A stretch of DNA of 59,067 bases, filler included, from Dugesia japonica (lineage: Eukaryota): the NCBI GenBank assembly GCA_001938525.1. It is 5 parts of 5 records of this genome, joined end to end, with 100 filler letters (N's around TTAATTAATTAA, not from the genome) between each part and the next. Parts side by side here need not be neighbours in the genome. Positions count along the whole stretch, not along the records: positions 1 to 11,956 come from MQRL01525873.1; 4 more parts are not named here. One strand, given 5' to 3'. A program made the translations under genes and the position numbers. Position 1 is the first letter of the stretch, and each line of letters opens with the position of its first letter. This document shows positions 1 through 12,056 of the stretch, in pieces. The notes under the pieces were generated by a model. That model did no database searches. It was given only the letters and a program-made list of their open reading frames with translations, and was not told the origin of the DNA.

Positions 1-167
1 AAAATCTTCTGAACTTTCAAAACAAAATTGACATTTCCAAAAATTTTAATTTATTTTAATTTCTTAATTAAATTTTAATTTTAAATTTTTTTTTAAAAAA
101 AGATTTTTTAAAACACAATTTCCAACTAGAGCACAAAAAATTTTTTCTCGCTCCTAAACTACTCACA
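1..167 (-). mobile_element. LTR 5' end (runs off the window)
   Basis: Highly similar to 29641-29805 and ends at the same CTACTCACA (TGTGAG on minus). Confidence 0.75.
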
Positions 168-207
<40 letters not shown>

Positions 208-337
208 NNNNNNNNNNNNNNNNNNNNNNNNNNNNNNNNNNNNNNNNNNNNNNNNNNTAGTAGTAGTAGTAGTAGTAGTATTAATTAATTCTGTCAACAT
301 AATAAAAATTTTATTGTCTTAATAATGGGTTATTTAG

Positions 338-3300
338 AAAACAAAGATATTCATGAAAATCAGTGCCCATTCAGAATCGTCCATTGTCCTTTCAATAATA
401 ATAAATGTAAAGAAAAAATGAGATTTAATGAAATAGAGTCACACAAACAAAATTGCCAATACTCTCAAAAAACAAGTCATTTTTGAATTGTTTAATTTTT
501 TGTTTGAATGTACCATTAAATATAGATAATTTATTCATTTATTCCAAATCGGAAATTTCCAACAAATCTTTAGGTCAGGTTGGTTTGACGTATTTTTGAG
601 AGTGCAATCAATATTTTTTATGTTAGAAAATGCAATTTAAAATTTCGGAAGATAAACCAGATTTGCAGCAAATTGCGGATAATTTAACATTTAGAATTAA
701 ACGTTTGGAAACTCAGATGAATGGTTCTTTAAATAGAATGGAAAATATGTTTTATGAGTAAAATTTTACTGGTAAAATGATATTTTGATGAAAATACTCA
801 GGATTCATTCTGGAATGCAATTTATAATAAATCATTTAAATATGTTACCAGATTACGAAAAGAGTAAAAGAGAGTCAACAGCAAGTAGTTCGCCTTCATC
901 TTACATGGATAATAAATTAAATGAAATCAATCGGCCTATACCACAATTAAATGTAATTTATTGTTCCAATATTTGATTTGAAAATGAAATATGAATTCCC
1001 AGAAAAATAATCTACTGTCATTGAAAGAAATTGCCAACATTAGTGGAATAATGTCAAATAGTGGTGGAAATTCCGATACATATAAAAGCTCACACTGGAT
1101 TTGCCCCTTTTCGTTTTTAAATGCTGGCATTTTGAAGTACTTAATTAAATTATATTTTGAATAGCACCTGTCGATTATTTGATAAAATTTTTAACTTTAA
1201 TTTAATTATGCATAAATAATGATGTGAGAATATTTTGAAAAGCGAGTTGAAATTTTTGTGTGATTGCTGATCATTTTTTTAAAAAATCTTTTATTTAAAA
1301 AANNNNNNNNNNNNNNNNNNAAAGTTTTAATAGCGAATATTTGCTTTTAAATTTTGAATGAAAATTAAATAATAAATTAAAATTTTTGGCTGAACAGAAA
1401 ATTAATTTAATTATAAATTAAAATTTTTGAATAAATGAATACTTGGTTTTTAATTTTAAAATAATGATTGAATAATACAGTAAAATTTTTAAAAAAAATT
1501 TTAAATAATTTAAAAAATGATCATTAATTAAAACACGGGATTTTAATTTTTTTGAATAAACAAATAGTGTTGGATATAGTTTTGTTTTGAATAAATTTTC
1601 CTATGAAATTGAGTTCTGATATTGATGATCCGATGATGCAAATGTTATTGTTTTATAATTACAATTATTGCGGGAAAAATTGTTGGAATTAACTATTGAT
1701 CGCATTTGAGATTTCATTAAAATAAAAGAAAAAGCTTCGATCAAAATAAAATGTATTTGTAAAGAAATTCAAATTTTTGACACTCGTCTTCTTTAGGAAT
1801 GATGACTTTTCGATAGATTCAAAACGATAATAGATCTTTATTAGAAATTTCTTTATATTTTATCAGAATTTTATTGGTCTACATTTTGTTATTTTAAATC
1901 TCAAAAAATCTTTTTTTAAATTAAATTGAATTGAAAATTTCTCAAATGTTATTAAAAAAAATATATTAAAATATTAAAACGTCAAAATACTAAAACATTA
2001 AAAGATTAAAATATTGAAATATTAAAATAAAATTATTTTTCTATTAACTTTTAATAAACATTCAAAAGCTTCTCAATTCATGTCAAAAAAAATTTTATCA
2101 ATATTATTTAGTTTTTTACTGCAAAAATTTTTTTAAAATTTAATCTATTAATATTGATATTGATAATAATTTTTTTAAAAAATTTTTAATTATTGTATTT
2201 ATTAAAAATCACATTAATCTTAGGTTTATCCTCTTTAATTAATATTTGTTCATGTTTTTTTCTGCGAATTGTAGAAATGTAGCTTGTTCCTAATGTTTTC
2301 CATGTAATATGATGTTTTTCTGGTAAAAGATTATGCTTGTGTTGAAATTGTTTGAATACTTCACTTTCTTTCTGTTTGAGATGTTCTTTAATTCTTGTAC
2401 GGATGGTTTTACATGTTTCTCCTATATATGTATTCTTACATCAGGTACATGTTATTTTGTAAGTGATATTTTATACGTATTTTAGAATGTACCCGGTGCT
2501 GCTATACTTATGAACAGCATTCATGTGAAACAATATTGCCCTTCATTCGTCAAAAATGTCATTTTCTCTTGTGACTTATTCTCTAACTCCACCTGGTAAT
2601 AAGCATTGCACAAATCGATGGAGCTGAAAACACATTCACATTTAGCTTGTCAAACATTTAATCTATATTAGGAATTAGAAAAACTTGTCTTTCTGTCACT
2701 GTATTAACCTCCAAAATTTATACATAACCGTATATTCTTCTTTTTTCCAACGTAGCATTCCATGTAGAGCTACATTTCCCGATTATATTGTTCTGGAATA
2801 GATTCTGATTTACTTCTTTAATCTGTTTCTCTAATTGTAATGATAGTCTCTATGGTTTCACATATGTTGGTTTTCCTTTTGTCGTGATTTGTTGTTTAAC
2901 TAAATGCGTTTGTCCTACATCCCACTTAGATGCCATGAACACATTTTCGCATTTCTTAAAGATCATCTGTTACTCTTTTTCATTTCCCATTTCTTTGGTG
3001 TGTGAAACCCTCACCCATATTTCTCCTGCTTTTGTCTCTTTGCCAAATTTCGCTTTAATCGTATCTATCTTTTCCTCTTTCACTTGTCTGGTTCCTGATT
3101 TTATCTCTTGGCGTAATTGTTATCCAAAAACATTTTGAAAGTTCATCCCGCGATAATATCCGGACATCCATTTTCCACCACTACAAATTATACCTCATTA
3201 ATCATCTGTAATTTTACTTTTAACCTCACTTTACCTTATGCTGTCAATCCACTGTCGTTTACACATCTTAATTTATCCATACTCTATTCTATCCTTATTA

Positions 3301-6300
3301 CAGGACAGTTTTAAGCACTTCTTATCCCAAACGTTGATAAAAGCTCCAGTGTCCAATAAACAATCTACTTCTATACCTTGGATGCATCTATTACAGTATA
3401 TCTGCCTTGTAGTCTCTTAAATTTAATATCTACCCTATATCCACTAGCTAACACCTCGACATATTCTATTTCCTGTTTTCCTCACAAGTTTTGTCTTCAA
3501 AACTCGATACTCATTCTTGTTAACGTTTCCTTTGTTCTACCACTTCTTTATCCCCTGAAGATAATCTCCGATCGTCTCTATAAAAAGATTGGTTCTCACC
3601 AATTCCACTGTTAGTAGATCCCCTTATTTGGATATCGCGTTCCCCCATTTTTGACTTCCAACCCTTCAATACTCTGAAATTTATGCTTTATCTGATTCAG
3701 TTGCATTGAAGTAATCGTATTTGTATGCTGGATACCGTCGTACCTGCTACCAGCCTTCTGGCCTGTCCACTGATTTCCTCAACATTCTGTTACTTTATAA
3801 CCAGTTCTGCTACATCCGACTGAAATGACCAGGTCCTTCACAACAGACATATATAATTTTCCTTTTTACAGCACTGTCTCTGCTGAAATGTTCTGCTCCG
3901 TGATATTTTTAACATTTTCTTCTTTGATTATTTCATAATGTTGCTCTTTTGTTTCGGTAAATATGAGGATATCATCGAGATAAACTATTGCTCCTTTTAT
4001 TCTTCCAATCACTTTATTTATCTTTTCCTGGAACGTACCTGGAGCTGCCGCAACACCAAAAGGTAATATTGTTTATTGAAATAATATTGTCCTAGCTTGA
4101 TCGAAAACGTTGACTTCTCTTAAGAATCTTCACTGAGTTTCACTTGATAGTATACATTTACCAAGTTTATGGAGCTAAAATATTGCGCACCGTCTTAAGA
4201 ATCATAACATTTCGTCCACATTCGACACAAGAAACGCTTGCCTCTTTGTTATCGAATTGAGCCGTCTATAATCTAAGCATAACCTTAAATCCTTTTATTC
4301 CTTTTACCACAAACATACTAAAAGTGTATTTGATTGAAGATTGCACTTCCGAATTATACCGTTATCATTTAGATTCTTGATGACATTTCAATCTTTTCTT
4401 CTGGATTCATTAGTCTTATGTTAATTGGGCCTCTATNAGTGGTTATTATATGCATCTTGTGTGCATCCAATGCCAAATTTGTCAGCAATGAATAAATCCT
4501 CGTTATTTTGAATATTCCCAGCAAATCTATGATCTTTGTTAAATTCTAAAATTTCCATTGCATGTCTCAATCGTTAGCTCGTCTGCATTTGTCTTCCGAA
4601 TTTCGCCTCGATATTGCAAACAAATTTCTCTCGTTGGTTTTGATTGTCTACCTTGCACTTTTTTTGTAACTGATACTCAAAAATATTTTGAAATTCCACT
4701 CAACTTCAATACGTATCTTCTCCATTGTCTCCAATGAACTATTATTTCTACATTGCAATCTTTCTTCACTTTTCTCTAACATGACTTCTCCAAGTCTTCT
4801 GAATCCTTCCATGCTATTGCATTTATTTGTGCTGCCGTGTTTAATAAATAATTAAACTGTTAACTTTTAACCATGACCNNNNNNNNNNNNNNNNNNNNNN
4901 NCTTATCATATGAAATTTCTACGTTCTCTCTTCAATTGTTCCTATCACTTCAGCCTTGTGATCTTTTTTCTCATTGAAACTGTCTTTTTCAAAATTCTGT
5001 AAACCTTTTCTACCACTTTACTCATCTATATCCGTTTCTCGGCCTCCTGAGGATAACACTATCTCGTTTAGTCAATGGCTCTGATGGAGTATTTTGATGG
5101 AGCCCTATCGTTTGGGCATTCTGTTCTCAGATATAAGTCTTCTACTATGTTTTCAGAAAGTATCTCTTCACTTTCATCTTCGTCCACTTCGCGAATGGCA
5201 TAAATTTGTTTGTTCCGACTTCTATCTTTCGTTTGCTGCCTGATTTTCAAATTGTATCTTCTTCTATTATCTTGTTGATGTTTGTATAACATTTTCCCGC
5301 TCTATGTCCAGGTTTCTTATATCCACTGCATATAATTTTCACACACACCCTTCTGATGTGACCAATCTTACCACAAACAAAACATTTTGGTGGCTTCTTA
5401 TCTGGANNNNNNNNNNNNNNNNNNNNNNNNNNNNNNNNNNNNNNNNNNNNNNNNNNNNNNNNNNNNNNNNNNNNNNNNNNNNNNNNNNNNNNNNNNNNNN
5501 NNNNNNNNNNNNNNNNNNNNNNNNNTAACTTTCTCAATGTTTCGTCTTCTGTCTATAGTAACTCCTCCACGTGCTACTCCTGTGTAATTCTTCACTACGT
5601 AGATTGGTTCTCTTCTTTCTATTTTCTATACTATAAAAAAAGTTTTTTTTATATCTTCAACCTTCTTTAGCTTCCTCAAAATAATTTCTTCTTCTGCTTT
5701 TTTGCTATCTGAGCATATTAATAGCATTTTGCAATGATTTTCTCTTTCGCCAGCTCCTTATTTGATAGGAATTTATTGACCAAACGTTCCACTCTTGAAA
5801 AACACTTTGAGGTCTTCCCCACTACATCGATAATTTATGAGATTCAAAAAATCCCTTATCACATCTCTTTTCTCCGCAAAAGCTAATCGTAATCTTTTTG
5901 GATATCCCTCAACATTTTTTAACGTTTTCAAACTCAAAACTATCCTTGAATTCAAAAATTAAATTCATTAATGGTTTTTATAAACTTATTTAAGCTTTCA
6001 AATATATTTCGATTATTTAAGTTTGTTGGATTTTAGAGGGCATCACAAAATGATCACAAGCTTAACACAATTTGAAAATTTTATCATAACAAGCTCTCAA
6101 GATCAAACTATCCGTATTTGGGATATATCATTTTTGATTCAAGGTGAATTCGGTAAAACGTTGACTAACGGTGGATGTGTTGCCATTCTTACCGGTCATA
6201 GCTTTTCGGTGGGGTTTGTTCATGCATCATCATTTTTGGAAATTATTTCAATTTTAGATCTCTTGTTTAGCCATTACTCGCTTAAGTCGTGAAATAATTT

Positions 6301-9300
6301 CTATTGATGCGGAATCGAATTTAAAAATTTGGGAATTTAGTTCTGGATTAATGGTTAGAGAAAAGGAAGTAAAGGTTTTGTTGTTTTTAACAATTAAATT
6401 ACAAAATTTTGTTGACAGAAGCTCCACGAAAAGCCAACAACAAGTGTTGCTGTTAGCAAATCAATAATCTTCACTGGTTCGAATGCCGAAATTAGGATGT
6501 GGGATCTAATAAGTTTAGAGCAAGTCGGCTGTGTTGTCAACCACATAAATCATTTTATTCGATGTCTCGTGTTGAACCAGCCTCAGGAAAATCTTCTATA
6601 TAGTTCAGGTCATAATCAAGTTCTTGTTTGGCAGGTAAAATTGGCTAGAAAAGTTGATTCCAAATCGGTTCATAATGTAACTTTGGATCTAATGAAGTCG
6701 ATTGAACATTCTTTCTATGGTGTTTATAGCATGGTAATTTCTGCGCGATATATTATAATTGGTTTGTTTTTATTATTTTATTAATCATATTCTCTCAGTC
6801 TGTTGAAATTATTTAAAATGGTTGAAATATTTTGGACAAACTACAAAATGATTGTTAAAACGATATGATTGGTTAAACTTGGTTGGTATAAGAAATGCAC
6901 TGTGACAACAAATTATACTAAGTATTAAGGTTATATTGGAATATTCTCAATCAAAATAATCATATTTGCCAAGATATTCTAATAATATTTTGATTAGTAA
7001 CACAAACTCATACAAAATCAAATGCAAATACTAAGTTCTTATATCATAATTTTTTTCACAAATCGTATTGAGCTTGTGAGAGATGTACAAAGGTTTCAGT
7101 TGGTCTCAATTCGCAAATAAATAGTCCTAACATTAAATTGTACTTATTAATTTGNNNNNNNNNNNNNNNNNNNNNGAATAAAATAGTGTTAGAAAGTAAA
7201 TAGGTATCGATTGGAACACTTATTGTGAATGTCAATTTTAAAATCTTTGGTTTTAGGGTGATTTAGTTAAATTTCATTTCATATTAAACCCTTACTGTTA
7301 GATGAGTTTTGAGTACTTATCGGATCATCAACATCAAAATTCAACTCCATAAAATTTATTTCAAATTAAAATTATATCCAACACTATTTGTTTATTCAAA
7401 CTAATTAAAATCCCGTGTTTTAATTGGTGATCATTTTTTAAATTATTTAAAATTCATTTTAAGTTATTTAAAAAAATTTACTGTATTCTTCAATCATCTT
7501 TTTAAAATTTAAAACTAAATTTTCGTTTATTCAAAATCCTAATTTGTAATTAATTTTCATTAAAATTTAAACTAAATTTTCGTTTATTCAAAATCCTAAT
7601 TTTTAATTAATTGTCATTAAAATTTAAAACTAAATTTTCGTTATTTAAAATTTTAATCTATAATTTAAATCCTTTTTTTAAATAAAAGATTTTTTCAAAA
7701 AATGATCACCAATCACACAAAAATTTTGACCCGATTTTCAAAACATACTCACACTTACTATTACAAATGTTATTCTTAATAATCGGTTATTGATCCAAAA
7801 CTTTGCACCAGTCTTTATACTGTGGAAATTCATCTTTCAATGAAAAGTTATACAACGCGATTGGCTAAAGATAATGGTCAAATCTTTTGAGATTTCAGCT
7901 TTGAATTTCTTGAGAATTAAAATAATAAGTTTATTTAAAGTATTTACAATTGCAATTATTGCGAGAATAATTGTTGNNNNNNNNNNNNNNNNNNNNNNNN
8001 NNNNNNNNNNNNNNNNNNNNNNNNNNNNNNNNNNNNNNNNNNNNNNNNNNNNNNNNNNNNNNNNNNNNNNNNNNNNNNNNNNNNNNNNNNNNNNNNNNNN
8101 NNNNNNNNNNNNNNNNNNNNNNNNNNNNNNNNNNNNNNNNNNNNNNNNNNNNNNNNNNNNNNNNNNNNNNNNNNNNNNNNNNNNNNNNCCAAAATTTTGA
8201 TCAAAGCTTTGATATTAAATGAATTATTTAAAGTAATTTGAATTTTAAATATGAAAATGAAATTTAATTTTTTAATATAAAAAATTATTTTGAAATTAAT
8301 ATTTTAAATAATTACAAAAGTTTAATTTGTAATATCTAAAATATTTAAAATAAATAAAATAAAATAAGATTCAATTTTAAGTAAATAATTAATAAAAAAA
8401 AATGTTCTTTTAATTTTTATTAATAAAAATTTTTTAAAAATTAAAGATGCATCTAAAATTATTTGCCTGATTTAATTTATTTATTATCTTTGTATTGTAA
8501 TAAATATTTTATGGAATCAACCACTCTTAAACTCATCTGGCAATAAAAAAGTACTATTATTTAATATTGTAAAAATGTTCAAATTAATGAAGATTAAGCA
8601 TTTATTATGAAAATGAGTTCTTTATTTGTTGGCGAATTTCGAATTCTTTCCTTTCTTTANNNNNNNNNNNNNNNNNNNNNNNNNNNNNNNNNNNNNNNNN
8701 NNNNNNNNNTGAATAAAATATTAATAAAATATCAAATTCGCTTCCAAGCGATATCACTAGTCATAATGAACCCGCAACAAAATTAGCAAATAAAGACATA
8801 TGAAAATGAATAACAAAGAGAATATAATAATGAATATGGTTTCTGAAAAATAGCTTAATTGTAATAAATGCTTCAAGCATTTTGTGCAAATTTTCAGTTC
8901 TTTTACCGGTAAAAAAGTCGATTCCTGACGAAGACAAATTCGAAATGCTATAAAAAAATTTGATCGAAGCTTTTATTTTAATTATTTTCGCAATAATTGT
9001 TATTGTAAAACTTTTACCGGTGTTCTGAAATAATTTAAAATTTTGTTTAGGCCATTTGAATTCTTCGTTAGTTGTTGTTGCGGTTGTTGAATCTTTCTTT
9101 TGCAGCTTTATATCCAATTTTTCTTGAAGAGATATTTATGTCTGAATAGTTTGACTTTCATAATGTGGTTCACTTTGAATAGTTTCTTCATATTTTTGAA
9201 AAACAAAAAGTCTTGCTGCCAACTTTCTGGCGAACAGTAATTTATTTTTCGTTGGAATGATTGTAATAAGTTCATCACATCGTTGTTCCATATTTCTTCA

Positions 9301-10690
9301 GTTCACTTCTTGAGATTATTGTACAATTCCAACTCTATAGTATTCTTCAAATTTGAAAGTTTCTCTAACATGAATTCAGTTATAGTATTTGCAGTCAATA
9401 ACGTTGAATTTTCAAGGTTTAGTGTATCAACAGCAAGTTTTATCGAATCCGTGGCAGTCTGAAACATCAATGAAGCATTAAAATAAACTTTATTGATCAA
9501 ATCAAGCATATTCAATTAAGTAAATGTCCCAAACAGGCAATATTTTGCGTTAATGAGTGGAATAATCATTGTAGAAAGGTAAACATCTAACTGTAATTCA
9601 ATTTCATTTTTAAATGTTGCAATCACTTTTGACTGAAATATTCGATTTCTTACGGTCTAATTTCTGAGATATTTGACATTGCGTGCTTTTTTCAAAACTT
9701 TATGAAAATCGATATCGGAACAATTCTCCTGCACAATCGCCATATCAATTTGCTCAAAATCATCAACCTCATCTTCATCGTTAGAATCAACATGAAGCTC
9801 ACTCGAATTAATGTCGTTATTTATATTATACTATGTGTCAGTCGCTTCTAAGTGCGTCCCATTGGTCGACAATCTTGAAAATTTTCATGTTATTTTGGTT
9901 GATTGACTGTTAATTAAGCAAATCAGACATTTTAGACTCAGTTTCGAGACATTCGAGTTAGATATCGTTGCCATTATTTACGTAGTTATATTTCATTCAT
10001 AAGGAGATCATTTAACGTTTAAAGAACGAAAATTATAGAAAGGAAATTGATTTCATACCACCTGTAAATCATATCTTATTTATTAGTTGCGTTCTGTATT
10101 TTGGCCTATTATAGTCGAGTATATACCAAACTGTGAGTGTAATCGATCACTTATAAATATGTTATGAGCGTCAGCAATATGTGGTAATGTTGATCTTATG
10201 AGAAAATAGTTTTTTAATTATTTTTAAATTGGAGATAGGAATGTAGTTTTTATAATTACCAAAAGCAATTAATAATTTATCTTTATTTAATAGGAACGTA
10301 TAATAAAAACATTCAAGTCTTCAATAACGGTACTGGAGAACATTTGTTTTCATTGGCTGGTCATGTAGCTCAAGTAAATGGTTTATGTTTGACGTCTTCT
10401 GAAACTCATTTGGTTTCTGTTGCTGCAGACGGGTGTATAAATGTAAAAATATACAAACACGATATGAAAATTATGAATTTCTTTTCTTAGATATGGGAAT
10501 TAGATCGTCGAACTTTGATTCAATCGATAAATGTTGGAACTAATTATTGTGGTCAAGCTGTAACAATAATAGGGGACGTGCTGTTTATATGTGGGAGTGA
10601 TGCAGAAATTAAAGTAAACTTTTTCGATCAGTTATGTAATTTTACTGACATATAATTAAGATTTATCGTTACGATCGTTTGTTTTCATAA
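338..10690 (+). CDS. TRAF7: TRAF7-like protein (TRAF-type Zn finger, coiled coil, C-terminal WD40 repeats); 5' exons (expected RING) not seen, presumably upstream of the window
   Basis: Manual splice reconstruction, all GT-AG with matching phases: exons 338-475, 526-578, 627-757, 802-952, 1003-1136, 6037-6208, 6258-6368, 6419-6761, 10294-10442, 10491-10613, 10661-10690 (TAA). Translation gives HENQCPFRIVHCPFNNNKC...HKQNC (TRAF Zn finger), coiled coil LQQIADNLTFRIKRLETQM, then WD40s: FLNAGILK/GHHKMITSL...SSQDQTIRIWD, LTGHSFS/ISCL...LKIWE, HEKPTTSV...IFTGSNAEIRMWD, INHFIRCLV, GVYSMVISARYIIIG/TYNKNIQVF...LAGHVAQVNGL. These are colinear with the TRAF7 WD region as I recall it (e.g. NHWVRAL, VYSIAVT..IVCGTYEN). 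AATAAA at 10775-10780. Confidence 0.85.
1223..1635 (+). mobile_element. LTR fragment, same family as the solo LTR, opposite orientation
   Basis: Starts TGTGAG; reverse-complement similarity to 7319-7753 (e.g. AAAACACGGGATTTTAATT, GAATAAACAAATAGTGTTGGATAT, GATGATCCGAT); ends next to a PLE terminus. Confidence 0.75.
1651..2470 (-). mobile_element. 3' portion of a Penelope-like retroelement (GIY-YIG endonuclease plus degenerate hammerhead-bearing end)
   Basis: 2470->2200 translates NITYKITCT*CKNTYIGETCKTIRTRIKEHLKQKESEVFK...PKINV. 1812->1651 is a decayed family-A terminal repeat on the same strand. Confidence 0.8.
2480..3660 (-). mobile_element. Decayed Gypsy pol fragment (protease-RT)
   Basis: DCLLDTGAFIN (~3370-3335), FSSIDLCNAYYQVELE (~2630-2580), QYCF...IAAPGTF (~2540-2485). 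Confidence 0.75.
3880..5950 (-). mobile_element. Decayed Gypsy gag-pol fragment
   Basis: Gag zinc knuckle CFVCGKIGHIRRVC (~5390-5345), LRLCLDYRRLNS (~4290-4255), FGVAAAPGTFQE and AIVYLDDILI (~4060-3962). Confidence 0.8.
7296..7753 (-). mobile_element. Solo LTR (458 bp) with 5-bp TSD CTTAC
   Basis: TGTTAG...CTCACA termini; CTTAC at 7291-7295 and 7754-7758; homologous to 1223-1635 and to part of the PPT-adjacent LTR at ~29180-29805; three internal ~58-bp repeats at 7502-7650. Confidence 0.85.
8710..9800 (-). mobile_element. Decayed hAT-superfamily transposase (C-terminal half) in a TRAF7-like intron
   Basis: Minus-strand peptides DFHKVLKKARNVKY...VRNRIFQSKVIATFKNEIELQLDV, IKLAVDTLNLENSTLLTANTITEFMLEKL, and KLFQNTGK/RTENLHKMLEAFITIK (dimerization region); many stops and frameshifts. 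Confidence 0.65.
8911..9010 (+). mobile_element. 100-bp hammerhead-derived (PLE family A) insertion with 11-bp TSD
   Basis: CTTTTACCGGT at 8900-8910 and 9011-9021. The insert carries ATTCCTGACGAAGAC...CGAAA, TTTGATCGAAGCTTTT and CGCAATAATTGT.ATTGTAAA. Confidence 0.8.
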
Positions 10691-10837
10691 GAGTCATAAC
10701 AAATTCGAATATCAATCGATTACCTAACTTAATTTTTATTATCATTTACTATTTATTGTTATTTTTATATATTGAATAAATACTTTGTTTTTTCGAGTTA
10801 TCATCAATTTAATATTGTATTAGCTAAATAAAATTAA

Positions 10838-10899
<62 letters not shown>

Positions 10900-10949
10900 N
10901 NNNNNNNNNNNNNNNNNNNNNNNNNNNNNNNNNNNNNNNNNNNNNNNNN

Positions 10950-11013
<64 letters not shown>
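10838..11013. repeat. (ATT)n microsatellite; others at 168-207, 23697-23763, 24534-24594, 44850-44978, 46490-46828
   Basis: Direct reading; most abut assembly gaps. Confidence 0.95.
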
Positions 11014-11015
<2 letters not shown>

Positions 11016-11956
11016 TTAATCTTCCTATGACTACCATACTGAAAACGGAAGTTTCATTAACGAATAATGATTAAAATACAGATTAAAAATGAGTAAGTCT
11101 ATTATTTTTAGAAATGAAAATAATTTCCATAATAATGACAATAGTTATTAAACAGTAAAAACAGATAATATTATATTTTGTTTTAATTTTTTTGACTTCT
11201 TAAAATTTTTTGTGGTATTATGGGAATTGGGGTTGGGTAGTATTGTGTGTGAAAAGTGTGTATGTATTTTGTGGCGTTGTTTCTATGGTGATGGTGTGTG
11301 TGTAAGGATTGGTTGAAAAAAAGAAATTTGAGTCAAATGGTGTGTGTGTTGAGTTCATTGATTTTTGGGTTTTGGCGATAGATTTGTGTTAGTCCAAGAA
11401 TTCTACCTCTANATTGTCTAAATTAACTATCGTAAAAAATATGCCTAGGGCTGAGAAAGTTGTTAGCGCGTGAAAACATGGTAATGAGTTATCACGCAAT
11501 ATGTGTTAAAAAGGATGCGGGGATGTAAGTAGTTGATGGATTTGAATGAATTTGGTGTTGTTGCTTAGGGTAGGTGTTAGAGTATGTGGTGGCATTGTGT
11601 TTGGGGTGGTTTGATTGATTATTGATTTATTTTTCGATGGATAAAGATTATGGGTTTGTAAGTAGTATAGGCAGATAAAAAAGTTATGGGGTTGATTTTA
11701 TTTATTGTGTTGTGGGAGAGGGTTGTGTGATATTAAACATGGTGGTTTCGATTTTTCCGGGGAGTGTGTGTATGTGCGAAATTTTGAAAATCATGGTGGG
11801 GAGGGCCAAGAAAGCTTATAGATGATTGTTTGGGCAGTCTTGATATTTTGAATGTTTGGACAGCCTTGATACTTTGAATGTTCGAGCAGTCTAAATTTTT
11901 CGGTGTGTGGATGTGTGTTAAATTCATGTAGTAGTCATGTTGCAAAAGCTAATTAT

Positions 11957-12056
11957 NNNNNNNNNNNNNNNNNNNNNNNNNNNNNNNNNNNNNNNNNNNN
12001 TTAATTAATTAANNNNNNNNNNNNNNNNNNNNNNNNNNNNNNNNNNNNNNNNNNNN
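11957..12056. other. Artificial assembly spacer N44-TTAATTAATTAA-N44 (also ~24595-24694, ~33805-33904, 42796-42895)
   Basis: The same 12-mer with stops in all six frames is centred in a 100-bp N block four times. Confidence 0.9.

Noticed and set aside
12001-12012. TTAATTAATTAA as a conserved motif or piggyBac target
   Set aside because: Always centred in a 100-bp N block, so an artificial linker.
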